A stretch of 55,880 bases of DNA, taken from the NCBI GenBank assembly GCA_012862495.1, contig BLSG01000059.1:211293-267172 (forward strand), in the 5' to 3' direction. The stretch is from Thraustochytrium aureum (lineage: Eukaryota). The translations under genes were made by a program, and so were the position numbers. Shown here one piece after another: positions 11,756 to 22,823 of the stretch; positions within the stretch are counted from its first letter, which is position 1; the number at the start of each line of letters is the position of its first letter. The notes under the pieces are model-generated. The model saw only the letters and a program-made list of their open reading frames with translations, was not told the DNA's origin and searched no databases.

Positions 11756-12261
11756 TCACTCCTTCTCCGTCTTCTTGATCAAGCAGTAGACCATGCTGTC
11801 AAGCTCGACGTTGTTCAGGTTGCGCTGGTTGCCCACGAGTTTCATGAGCAAGCCCCCGAACGATACGTACACGGCGATCCTGTGCTCGCCCTCATACTCG
11901 TACTGGAACACCTTGCCATGCATGCCATAGTCAAACTTGTCGAGCAACGTGGCCTCGCCCGTCTGGTTGTATGTGTTGGTGTCAGGTTTGCCTTCCATAT
12001 CGAGGGTGCTGGCGAGAGCCAGCTGGAACCGCTCTTTGGCCTTCATAGGGAAGAGCTGGCTCTGGATGTCGATCACGAGGTCCATCTCGAACGTGACGCC
12101 TTTGCCCACGATGCGGGCGACTGCGAGAGCGATGCAACCCACCAGTTAGTTATTTCGCCGGCAAGCAGGAAGGCGGGCCAAGCTCGCCGGCTGTAGCAGC
12201 CGGGGGCAGCAAGCCGCTCAACCGGCGCGACGTACCATTATTAAACGCCACGGAGGACTTT
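11756..12261 (-). CDS. RPB8: RNA polymerase I/II/III shared subunit RPB8 (RPABC3); 5' end in gap; intron 12121-12235
   Basis: MDLVIDIQSQLFP...LLDKFDYGMHGKVF...VYVSFGGLLMKLVG is the RPB8 signature. An intron with GTACGT donor, ACTAAC branch and CAG acceptor restores KSSVAFNNVARIVGK. Confidence 0.95.
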
Positions 12262-12559
12262 NNNNNNNNNNNNNNNNNNNNNNNNNNNNNNNNNNNNNNN
12301 NNNNNNNNNNNNNNNNNNNNNNNNNNNNNNNNNNNNNNNNNNNNNNNNNNNNNNNNNNNNNNNNNNNNNNNNNNNNNNNNNNNNNNNNNNNNNNNNNNNN
12401 NNNNNNNNNNNNNNNNNNNNNNNNNNNNNNNNNNNNNNNNNNNNNNNNNNNNNNNNNNNNNNNNNNNNNNNNNNNNNNNNNNNNNNNNNNNNNNNNNNNN
12501 NNNNNNNNNNNNNNNNNNNNNNNNNNNNNNNNNNNNNNNNNNNNNNNNNNNNNNNNNNC

Positions 12560-13525
12560 TGTGCGACCCGGCGTTCCAGGACGAGGAGACGGGCGAGTCC
12601 GTGCTGATGCGCGCCGCAGGGGCCGGTGGGCTGGCTCTTGTGACCGAGCTCCTCTCGCGTGGGGCACCGTGGAACGCCGTGGACCGCAAGGGGCTCTGCG
12701 CTGGGCAGTACGCGCTGGCGAACGGGCACCAGGAGGTCGTGGATGCGCTGGTGAACGCCGGCGTGCAGGCCGAGATGGTGCTGGGCGCTATCGAGAGCCG
12801 CAAGCTCGAGCGCATGCCGCCGGCGAACGGGGCCTACTTGCAAAGCGACGTCGCGTACACGGAGGACCAGCAAAAGCTGATGGAGCCCGAAGGCGAGGCT
12901 GTCATGATGGAGTGGGAGCGCCCCTTGATGCAAGTCCACGCCCAGGTGCTCTGTGCGGGCGGTCTGGGCGAGGCGGAGGGCGAGGCGGCGGCGGGCGGCC
13001 AGAGCAGCGGGCGGCATATTCTCAATGTAGGGTTCGGCATGGGCATTTTTGACACGTACGTCCAGGAACTGGGCGCGGCGCGCCACACCATTATTGAAGC
13101 CCACCCCCAGGTGTACGCCAAGATGGTCAAAGACGGGTGGACGACCAAGCCGGGGGTCACGGTGTGCTTTGGCCGCTGGCAGGATGTTATCGGGTCGCTC
13201 GAGGCGGGGAGCTTTGACGGCATCTTCTTTCGACACCTTTGGCGAGTACTATTCGGACATGAAGCAGTTTCACTCGCACCTGCCGCGCTTGCTCAAGCCA
13301 GGCGGGCTGTACTCGTTCTTCAACGGACTTTGCCCGCGCAACATCTTCTTCCATGGTGTCGCTTGCCAGGTGGTGCAGCTTGAGCTCGGTCGTCTTGGGC
13401 TTGACTGCGAGTTTCACCCGTGCGAGGTGCAGCAAGAGGCGAATGCGGCAGAGACATGGGAGGGCGTGCGGCAGCGGTATTGGTGGAACGACACATACTA
13501 CTTGCCCGTTGCGCGCAAGCGGTGA
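12560..13525 (+). CDS. RMT2: RMT2-type protein arginine N-methyltransferase (ankyrin N-terminus + GAMT-like SAM domain); 5' end in gap; frameshift at about 13230
   Basis: LLSRGAPWNAVD...LVNAGVQAEMVL, VMMEWERPLM, ILNVGFGMGIFD, HTIIEAHP, GRWQDV, FDGIFFDTFGEYY, YSFFNGL, YWWNDTYYLP. Confidence 0.92.
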
Positions 13526-13532
13526 GGGGAGG

Positions 13533-13626
13533 CTTGCGAGCCCTGGGCGCGTCTGCCTGGGCCTTCTTGCGAGCCCTGGGCGCGTCCGCCTGGGCCTTCT
13601 TGCGAGCCCTGGGCGCGTCCGCCTGG
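13533..13626. repeat. 33-bp tandem repeat x ~2.8
   Basis: CTTGCGAGCCCTGGGCGCGTCYGCCTGGGCCTT repeated head-to-tail, starting 8 bp after the RMT2 stop. Confidence 0.9.
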
Positions 13627-14913
13627 TTTCCTCGCCCAACGGCAGGATCCGCATTTCCAAGGTCGCGTTCGAGGTCAGGTCTTCCAAATGTAGTAGGTAG
13701 AGTAGCAGCAACTCGAAGCAAACCAAACCCGGCCAGCTCGTCAAGCTGAATCTGTTCGCAGATAAAGCCTGCGCGTCCGACCTCTGTAGGTACAAAAGGT
13801 CCGGTTGGGCACGAAGAACTCGGGCTCCTGGCGCAACATCCCGTCCCAAAATCGTGTGCCGTACCCGCCTGCAAGCAAGGAGGATCCTCTCTTGCTACAA
13901 AACGCACGTCAAATACCGATACCGGAGCCCAGTTCCACGCCTGGCTTTGGTGACGCCGTCGACCCGTCCTTGAACGCGCGCGCTGCGACAAAGAACACAA
14001 GAGCAGTTTTTGTGCTGCTGCCAGAAAGCCATAGGACAGAGGTATGACGTGTTCTTGGAAGGCTACTCTGTAGACCCAAGTAGGCAGTGCTCTCTACATG
14101 GAAGTCAGGACCGCGGGCTATGAGGGGGTGCACACTGCGAGGCAACGACGAACACAAATCGATTTGTGACCTTGCGCCGCGTACTTACCTGCTCGTGATG
14201 CATCCACCTCAGGCTGGCGCAGCAAGCAGCGCGGAGCAAGTCGGGTCCAGAGCTTGCTTGCACTGGCCTTGCTTGCACCGTCAATCGACGCCGCTCTCAG
14301 GCCAGCTGGCCCGATACTGGCCTTGGCGTTGCGCGTTCTGCGGGAGCGCGCAACTGGCGAAATCGAACGCTTCTGTTCAATCGGCAGCCCCAGCCCGAGG
14401 ACTTGGGCTACCTACCTCGATCGCCGCATACTCGGCAACCTCTGCGGGTGGGTTGAAGAACGGGCGGCGAGAAACCTCTTGTTCAATGAAGCCACGAAAC
14501 CACGAATAAAAGCGGGGGACTCGCCCGCGCCAGTCGAGTCCGGATTCCTCTTGCAGGACGGAGAGCGGATTCGCGCGGTCAATCACCCGCCAGCGCAAAC
14601 TTGCCTGGCACAAAACCAGCTCGGGACGAGCGTGGAGCAACTCGCGCAACATCATGATCTTCACATTCGGCCGCCGCCAAACAACATGCGCAGGCAGCGA
14701 GCGAGCCAGCAAGGCTCGGACGGGCCAAACAGCTCGACCTTTCCGCTGCGTTGGTGCGGCGGCGTCCAGTGCGCCACTTGTGGGCTGGCTGCGAGCAATC
14801 GCGTTGCCTTTCCTGAAAGGCGCTGCTCGGCGCCCCGCCAGACCAACACGAGCATCGAAGCAGAATTCTTTTCTTCATTCAGACCCGCACGAGCAGCAAG
14901 GGCGGTTGAGAGT

Positions 14914-14985
14914 GAGCGAGCGAGCAACCAAGCAACCGAGCAGGCGAGCGAGCGAGCGAGCGAGCGAGCGAGCGGGCGAGCGAGC
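14914..14985. repeat. (GAGC)n microsatellite, imperfect
   Basis: Directly visible. Similar tracts occur at about 19679-19715, 26808-26823 and 38498-38513. Confidence 0.9.
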
Positions 14986-15898
14986 AGGGGAGGAGAATTG
15001 GTTGGTCAAGGTTGGCTGGCTTACTTGCTCTACCAACAAAAGCTGCCGGGGATGGCGCGCGAGCGTTTGGTTGGGGGCGTCCTCCGAATTCTGCGAGTCG
15101 CACGCGTGAGAAGTTACCTTCAGGAGCGCGGAGACTCCTCCCTCTCTGCGTTCAGAACAGGTTTTGTCTGCACGAGCAGCAGAGAGCGCGTTTCCGGTGT
15201 GTCGTTTCCGCTCTCTCTCTGGTCAAGGAGACTGGGAGACAGAGAACGCGCTTCACCCCACAGCGTGCGAGTCCGCCCGCCCATTCATGGCCGCTGCGCA
15301 TGCACGTTTGTCGACGGGCAGTGGTTTTTGTGGCCGCCGGCCGGCTTTCGTGCCCGAGCGTGCGGGATTTGTGCTCTGCCTTCGCTGCGGTAGAAGGTAT
15401 TCCAGCTACGCGCAAGCGATGAGTACACAACGGAGGAAGCGCTAATTTGGGGCATCATCGCAGGGCCGCCGGCCTTGCGAAGAACGAGGTGACAAAATTT
15501 GTGGTAGGCCTGCCTACCTACCCCGCTCGAGCTGCACCTGCTTGTTATCTGCACGAGTCAACGCATAGCCTGCCNNNNNNNNNNNNNNNNNNNNNNNNNN
15601 NNNNNNNNNNNNNNNNNNNNNNNNNNNNNNNNNNNNNNNNNNNNNNNNNNNNNNNNNNNNNNNNNNNNNNNNNNNNNNNNNNNNNNNNNNNNNNNNNNNN
15701 NNNNNNNNNNNNNNNNNNNNNNNNNNNNNNNNNNNNNNNNNNNNNNNNNNNNNNNNNNNNNNNNNNNNNNNNNNNNNNNNNNNNNNNNNNNNNNNNNNNN
15801 NNACTAGCAGCCCATTGCAAGCAGACCCCGAACGACATCCCACCTGGAATCGAACAACACACCGAACCATCGAGCGAGTGAAATCTGCCAAGCCAACG

Positions 15899-17944
15899 AT
15901 GGCCGAGCTGCAGAAGCGCGTCTCCGTGGAGGCCATGGAGGCAATGGACATCAAGCCCGCTGAGGAGGGCATGCGCGGGTACGACCCGGAGGAGGACTTT
16001 GAGCGCGACTTGGACGAAGAGGCCATCGTCGCCGAGGGCAAGGATTGGCGCAACCAGTTCACCTTCCGCGCCATGTTCGTTGGCATTTGCACCGGCGCTC
16101 TGCTCATTTTCGTCTCCCTGACCATCGGCCTCTCAGGCGCCGGCGTGTCGCCCGGCTACTCGGTGACCGCCTCGCTGATCGGGTACGCGCTGATGAAGCC
16201 CCTGACTTCCCTCCTGATCCGGTACTACAACACGGTCAAGCAGTTCACGCGCCAGGAGAACTGCATCATCCAGGCCACCGCCACTTCGATTCAGTCCCTG
16301 GTGCACGCCCTTGGTGTGAGCACGTGGCTCTGGGCCCTCCACCCCAACGCCGCCGCTCAGCTGGACCTCAACATCCAATCGTACGACGAGCTCCAGGAGA
16401 AGCTGGCCAGCGGTGAGGTCACCGTGACCAACGTGATCGACACGAGCGTGGGCGGCATGATCGGGCTCGCCTTCCTGATTTCCTTCACCGGTGTCCTCAT
16501 CGTCACCTTGTTCCGCAAGCTGTTCATTGTGGACGCCAAGCTGCCGTTCCCCTCGCCCACGGCGACCGCGGTGATGATCAACTCGCTCTTCACCGAGACC
16601 GGCAAGGACCTCGCCGAGCGCCAGTTCAACTCGTTCACCAAGTGGTCGGGCATCACCTTCGTGATCAACGCCGTGAGCTGGATCTTCACGCGCAACGGGT
16701 GCCCTTCCTTCAACGCCATCCCCGTGTTCGGGCTCGCGGGCGCCGAGGCGGGCTGGACGCTCAACCTTGCCAGCTACCTCAACTTTCTGGGTGTGGGGAT
16801 GATCATGTCGCGCAACGTGAGCTACTCGCTCGTTCTCGGCGCCGTGGTGGCTTACGGTTTTGTGTACCCGTCGATCTACGCCAACGGGGCCGTGCAGGTC
16901 AACGGCGTGCTGCCCGAAGACGCCTGGTTCGACCAGGAAATTGGCGGCATGGACGGCTTTTTCGGCTACAAGGTCATGCTCACGCTCATGATCCTGCTCG
17001 GGGACGGTCTCTTTGCGCTCTTCCTGATGGCATACATTGGCTTTTCCGAGTGGCGCCGCTCCCGCAACGAGACCGACGCCGACCGCAAGGAGGCGCAGCT
17101 CAACGAATCGGTCGAGGCGCGTGAGGACCGCATCAACAACCGCATCTTTGTGGAGGACGGCGTGGACAACCGCATCATCATCATCATCTACTTGCTTGTC
17201 ACGCTTGCCGGCTGCATCGCGCTCCCGCTCATGTACAAGATCACCTGGTACATGGTCTTCGTCGCCTTCATGCTCACCCCGATTTTCGCTCTCGTCGGCA
17301 ACTACATTGCTGGGCTCACCGACTGGAACGTGACCTCCAACTTTGCCAAGGCCGCCGCGCTCATCTTTGGCGCGTGGGGCGTCGCCGTCGACCCCGAGAA
17401 CGCGATCGTCATCTCGCTCATCTGCTGCGGTATCGTCTACTGCGGTGCGTCCAACTCGACCGATATCATCGGCGACTTCAAGACTGGCCACCTTACCCGG
17501 ACTTCGCCGTTTGGCATGCTTCTGGCGCAGATCATCGGGTTTGCGGTTGGCTGCATCCTCACCCCGGCTATCTTCAACATCTTCGTCATCGCTGAGCCGG
17601 ACACCGGCTTCCAGAACGCTCGCTACCCCAACACCTACGGCCTCATCTACCGCGCTATGGCTCGCCTCGCGGTCGACGGCGGGCTTGACGCGCTCCCCAA
17701 GAACTGCCTTCGGTACAGCATCATCCTCTTCTTCGTCAGCTTCTTCAGCCCAATCTTCAAAATGGCCACTCTCGCCCTCATCAAGCGCTCGAAGATGAAC
17801 GAGCGCACCAAGTCGTTCGTGCACGAGACGGTCGAGTTCCTCTGGCCGAGCCCGATGGCCTTTGGCATCCCGTTCCTGGTTGGCACCACCTTTGTGGTCC
17901 CGGTGGCATTGGTCTCGTCGTCAACGAGATCTGGAAGTTCCGCG
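15899..17944 (+). CDS. OPT-superfamily transporter, YSL (Yellow Stripe-like) type; 3' end in gap
   Basis: QFTFRAMFVG, FTRQENCIIQA, LPFPSPTATAVMIN, GLTDWN and DFKTGHLTRTSP motifs, many TM helices and strong C-ending codon bias. Confidence 0.92.
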
Positions 17945-20770
17945 NNNNNNNNNNNNNNNNNNNNNNNNNNNNNNNNNNNNNNNNNNNNNNNNNNNNNNNN
18001 NNNNNNNNNNNNNNNNNNNNNNNNNNNNNNNNNNNNNNNNNNNNNNNNNNNNNNNNNNNNNNNNNNNNNNNNNNNNNNNNNNNNNNNNNNNNNNNNNNNN
18101 NNNNNNNNNNNNNNNNNNNNNNNNNNNNNNNNNNNNNNNNNNNNNNNNNNNNNNNNNNNNNNNNNNNNNNNNNNNNNNNNNNNNNNNNNNNNNNNNNNNN
18201 NNNNNNNNNNNNNNNNNNNNNNNNNNNNNNNNNNNNNNNNNNNNNNNNNNNNNNNNNNNNNNNNNNNNNNNNNNNNNNNNNNNNNNNNNNNNNNNNNNNN
18301 NNNNNNNNNNNNNNNNNNNNNNNNNNNNNNNNNNNNNNNNNNNNNNNNNNNNNNNNNNNNNNNNNNNNNNNNNNNNNNNNNNNNNNNNNNNNNNNNNNNN
18401 NNNNNNNNNNNNNNNNNNNNNNNNNNNNNNNNNNNNNNNNNNNNNNNNNNNNNNNNNNNNNNNNNNNNNNNNNNNNNNNNNNNNNNNNNNNNNNNNNNNN
18501 NNNNNNNNNNNNNNNNNNNNNNNNNNNNNNNNNNNNNNNNNNNNNNNNNNNNNNNNNNNNNNNNNNNNNNNNNNNNNNNNNNNNNNNNNNNNNNNNNNNN
18601 NNNNNNNNNNNNNNNNNNNNNNNNNNNNNNNNNNNNNNNNNNNNNNNNNNNNNNNNNNNNNNNNNNNNNNNNNNNNNNNNNNNNNNNNNNNNNNNNNNNN
18701 NNNNNNNNNNNNNNNNNNNNNNNNNNNNNNNNNNNNNNNNNNNNNNNNNNNNNNNNNNNNNNNNNNNNNNNNNNNNNNNNNNNNNNNNNNNNNNNNNNNN
18801 NNNNNNNNNNNNNNNNNNNNNNNNNNNNNNNNNNNNNNNNNNNNNNNNNNNNNNNNNNNNNNNNNNNNNNNNNNNNNNNNNNNNNNNNNNNNNNNNNNNN
18901 NNNNNNNNNNNNNNNNNNNNNNNNNNNNNNNNCCTCGCTCCGCGGAATCGGCCAAGAAGCCTGAATTCTGCATGAATTCGCGCTCTCCTCGTCTACTTCT
19001 TGCTCTCTTTCCTGCCTTCCTTCCGCCTCTCCGTCTTATTGCGCCGGGCAAATGAGTAGTAGAGTACTGAGTACTGGTAGTAGGTGTAGTGACGAGATGC
19101 GCCCATCCGCCGTCCTCTGCCAGGCTCACCACTCCTATCTTGCTTTCCACGCCGGCCCTGTGCGGCCGGCGCAACAGCCTTGCTTGCTTGTTACGATGCG
19201 TTGGTGACCTGCCGCGCCGCGCAGCCGGGCCCGTTGCGGCGCGTTGGCGAGCATCGCCTCCTTCGACCGCTCTCGATCGATATCGAAATCGATCGATGAT
19301 CAATCAATCTGTTCTGATTGCTGTCGGCGCGAAAACCACGCGCGTTCACGTCTGCGCCAAACGAAGACCTCGAAGGCGGAAGGGCACGAGTCAGGCAGGG
19401 CCCAGGGGCGGCGGCGTCCGTCAAGCGCCCAGGCGGGCTCAGCTCGGACCCGCGTGCAGAGAGGAGCAAACCATCCACCGTCCACGTGAAAGTGTGAGGC
19501 AGGAAAGTGTGAGCCTTGAGGCGTGTTTCCTTCGTGCACTGTAGTCCGCCGCACTCCTTCCACTCCAACCAACCGAGCAGCAGAGCTCGAATGGGCACTG
19601 CGCCGCAGGACGAACGAAGTCAGCAGCGCCAGCCCGCAGAGGACAGACTGCGCCTGCAGCAAGCCCCGCCGTCGCAGAGAGCGACCGAGCGAGCGAGCGA
19701 GCGACCGAGCGAGCGCTACTTCGTTCGCGGAGTCCTGACTCGTTCGATCCCGGACCCGCTGCGGAGTCTGCTGTGGGGCCGCGCTGCCCGAGGTGGAAGG
19801 CGACGTTCGAGTCGCGCCGAAACGCAGCCGAACGAGCGTCGCGCGAGCGGGGTTTGATTGACGCACAGGGGCGCAGGCCGACCGCTGCTTTCAAGGCAAA
19901 CCTGGGGACAGCAGGCGAGCGCGCGGCTCGAGGGCACGACGAAGACAGCCAGCCACAAGGCGCGCCGAGGCGCTGAGGCGGAGAGGGAACGGAACGGATA
20001 GTCGCCAGCAAGTGCCGAAGCGCGGCGCGGCGGAAGGCGGCCAGGTCGCGTCGAGCCCGGCACGGCAGGAATTCGAGCAGAGGGAGCGAGAGAGGGAGCT
20101 GCGGCGCGCGGCGCGGCCCTTGCGTGCGGCGCGGCGCTTTCGAGGACAAGCAATAGCTGCGCCGGGGCTTGGTGGGTCCCGCCGAAGTGGGTGGGGTTGC
20201 GCGTCGGCCACAAAGCCCAGTCGAAAACCTGCCAGACGCCGCGCAGTGCTGAATCGCTGGGGTTCGTCATCATCTGAACGTGCGTGCGTAAGAAGGCTTG
20301 AACAGAGTCGCGCAAGGCACTGGCGAGGCTGGCCAAGTCCAGCNNNNNNNNNNNNNNNNNNNNNNNNNNNNNNNNNNNNNNNNNNNNNNNNNNNNNNNNN
20401 NNNNNNNNNNNNNNNNNNNNNNNNNNNNNNNNNNNNNNNNNNNNNNNNNNNNNNNNNNNNNNNNNNNNNNNNNNNNNNNNNNNNNNNNNNNNNNNNNNNN
20501 NNNNNNNNNNNNNNNNNNNNNNNNNNNNNNNNNNNNNNNNNNNNNNNNNNNNNNNNNNNNNNNNNNNNNNNNNNNNNNNNNNNNNNNNNNNNNNNNNNNN
20601 NNNNNNNNNNNNNNNNNNNNNNNNNNNNNNNNNNNNNNNNNNNNNNNNNNNNNNNNNNNNNNNNNNNNNNNNNNNNNNNNNNNGCCGAATTCCCGGAAAC
20701 CCACCTCGAACAGCAAGACTTGAGCGACTCCATGGAGCGTGAACGCTCTGCTGTCGCAACAAACGCGTAA

Positions 20771-22315
20771 AGAGGCGCCACCGCGAGTGCGGGGCGCCCA
20801 CCGCGTCGGCCTTGGACAGAGGACGTGGACGATCTTCTGCGCGGCGCTGTCGAGCTATACCACGGCGCGCAGTGGAAAAAGATCGCCGAGATGGTGCCAG
20901 GCCGCAATCACGTCCAGTGCCTCCAGCGGTGGCGCAAGTCGCTCCACCCTGCTGTGGTTAAGGGCCGTTGGACCTTGCAGGAGGACCAGCTGCTGCTGGA
21001 GGTGGTTGCGAAGAACCCTCACGTTAGTAACTGGGGCTTTGCCTCGAAGCTCATCCCCGGCCGAACCGCCAAGCAGTGCCGCGAGCGCTACAACAATCAC
21101 CTGGACCCGAACATAAGGAAGGGAGACTGGGGCCCCGAGGAGGACCGCTTCATCCTCGAGTCGCACGAAACCCTGGGCAACAAGTGGGCCGAGATCGCCT
21201 CGCACCTACCGGGGAGGACCGAGAACGCCATCAAAGTTAGGGTCAAGGTGCTCAAGAAGCGCAAGCAGCGGCCGCCAGCGCGGCTCGAAGTGCCTCGCGA
21301 CCTTTTGCACGTCAAAGAGGAACCGGTGGCCCTCGCGGCGCCGCCCAGCCCTCCCAACCAGCAACCCTCGCCGCGAGGCGATCCGTTCCTCGCTGGGACA
21401 GCGCCCTCATTTCTGAACAAACCCGCCCAACTGCAATCCCCGCGTCTGGCGCTCCCGGATTCGTCGACGATCCTGCACAGGCGTCGCTCCGACGCCGAAC
21501 GCCACTGGGTGGCACAGACAGCAGCCGCGTCGAGGATGCAGTGGCCTGATCCTGGCACCGTCCGCGCCCGTGGCCACTCCGCTTCCGCCTTGCCCCGATA
21601 TAGCCCGCACTTGAACCACGCGCAAGTGCCACGATCCCGTGATGAAGAGCCTGCCGCTAGCTACGGCCTCTACCACAGTCACGCGAACCAGAAGTTGCGC
21701 GGTCTGCGAGGCTTCACCAACTCTGTCGGCGCGGAGTGCGATGCTGCGAGGGAAGAAGGGCATTGGCAGCGTTCGCGTGGCGCCAATAACGACAACGAGA
21801 GTGGCAACAACGATAGAGACGACGCCCCGAGATGCGCCTCGCAGCACGCGTACTACGAGGGCGGCGAAGACCACCTCATGATTGCGCCGGGGAGTCTCGT
21901 GCGATATCGGTCGGCTCCGGGCCAGCTCCACGGAGCGCCAGCTGGGTCTCGCGTTGCAGTCCCGCCATCGATTGGCCCATCCATGCGATTTGACTTCAGC
22001 CCAAGCCCGATATCGCCGCGCTTGTCGCCTTTGGAAGCGCTTCCGTCGCCCCACAACGCGAGCGACGAGCGCGGTGAAGAGGTTTCTCACCTGGGTTCCG
22101 TCGATCTCACCTTCCGCCTGTCGCCCCGCGCGTCTAGCATGCCAGACCTGGCCTTGGTCGAGCAGGACGCCGCTGCGTGCGACCCAACCCGCCTCCATGG
22201 CCTGCATCACCCGACCTTTTCGCAAAGTGCAGGCAACTTGCGCCAGGCCCCCGGACATGTTGAGGAGGAGGAGGAGTACCAAGACGAGCGCTTCCCGATG
22301 CAGTGGCACAGGTAA
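20771..22315 (+). CDS. R1R2R3 (3R) Myb transcription factor; true start uncertain
   Basis: Three Myb repeats: WTEDVDDLL...WKKIAEMVPGRNHVQCLQRW; KGRWTLQEDQLL...GRTAKQCRERYNNHLDP; KGDWGPEEDRFI...GNKWAEIASHLPGRTENAIK. The terminal AG|GTAAGC could be an intron donor, so the gene may continue. Confidence 0.92.
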   Translation, partial: RGATASAGRPPRRPWTEDVDDLLRGAVELYHGAQWKKIAEMVPGRNHVQCLQRWRKSLHPAVVKGRWTLQEDQLLLEVVAKNPHVSNWGFASKLIPGRTAKQCRERYNNHLDPNIRKGDWGPEEDRFILESHETLGNKWAEIASHLPGRTENAIKVRVKVLKKRKQRPPARLEVPRDLLHVKEEPVALAAPPSPPNQQPSPRGDPFLAGTAPSFLNKPAQLQSPRLALPDSSTILHRRRSDAERHWVAQTAAASRMQWPDPGTVRARGHSASALPRYSPHLNHAQVPRSRDEEPAASYGLYHSHANQKLRGLRGFTNSVGAECDAAREEGHWQRSRGANNDNESGNNDRDDAPRCASQHAYYEGGEDHLMIAPGSLVRYRSAPGQLHGAPAGSRVAVPPSIGPSMRFDFSPSPISPRLSPLEALPSPHNASDERGEEVSHLGSVDLTFRLSPRASSMPDLALVEQDAAACDPTRLHGLHHPTFSQSAGNLRQAPGHVEEEEEYQDERFPMQWHR

Positions 22316-22735
22316 GCGAGCGGCGTGCCCGTGTTCTTCTGCGCCGCCTCTGCGCGAGAGGGCCTGAGGCGGCCTTGAAACTCTGAANNNNNNNNNNNNN
22401 NNNNNNNNNNNNNNNNNNNNNNNNNNNNNNNNNNNNNNNNNNNNNNNNNNNNNNNNNNNNNNNNNNNNNNNNNNNNNNNNNNNNNNNNNNNNNNNNNNNN
22501 NNNNNNNNNNNNNNNNNNNNNNNNNNNNNNNNNNNNNNNNNNNNNNNNNNNNNNNNNNNNNNNNNNNNNNNNNNNNNNNNNNNNNNNNNNNNNNNNNNNN
22601 NNNNNNNNNNNNNNNNNNNNATGAATGGCGGTGCCACACTGGCGGTGGCACCACAGACGCTGCGCAGCGCCCACACCGGTACTTACCAAAAACAAAGAGA
22701 AAGAGGTAAATTATTTCGACCGCTCCAAGCCAGGC

Positions 22736-22778
22736 CGCGGCGCTTCGCGGCGCTTCGCGGCGCTTCACGGCGCTTCGC
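22736..22778. repeat. 10-bp tandem repeat (CGGCGCTTCG) x ~4
   Basis: Directly visible, just beyond the sulfotransferase stop codon. Confidence 0.85.
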
Positions 22779-22823
22779 TGCGAGCCGCCAACTTGTCCGA
22801 GCCCGGTGCCTTGGTTGAAAGCC

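Noticed and set aside
13533..13626. 33-bp repeats of CRISPR-like length
   Set aside because: There are no spacers and no cas genes, and the context is eukaryotic. It is a simple tandem repeat.
16133..17824. Long antisense ORFs (for example 563 aa opposite YSL, and others opposite most genes)
   Set aside because: These are shadow ORFs caused by high GC3 codon bias, with no protein motifs.
17945..18932. ORFs in the track that run through N-gaps
   Set aside because: Their lengths are artefacts of translating N as X. The gap contents cannot be assessed.
19273..19296. TCGATCGAT...ATCGATCGA inverted repeat
   Set aside because: It is part of a low-complexity (ATCG/ATCA)n tract, which is self-complementary by nature.
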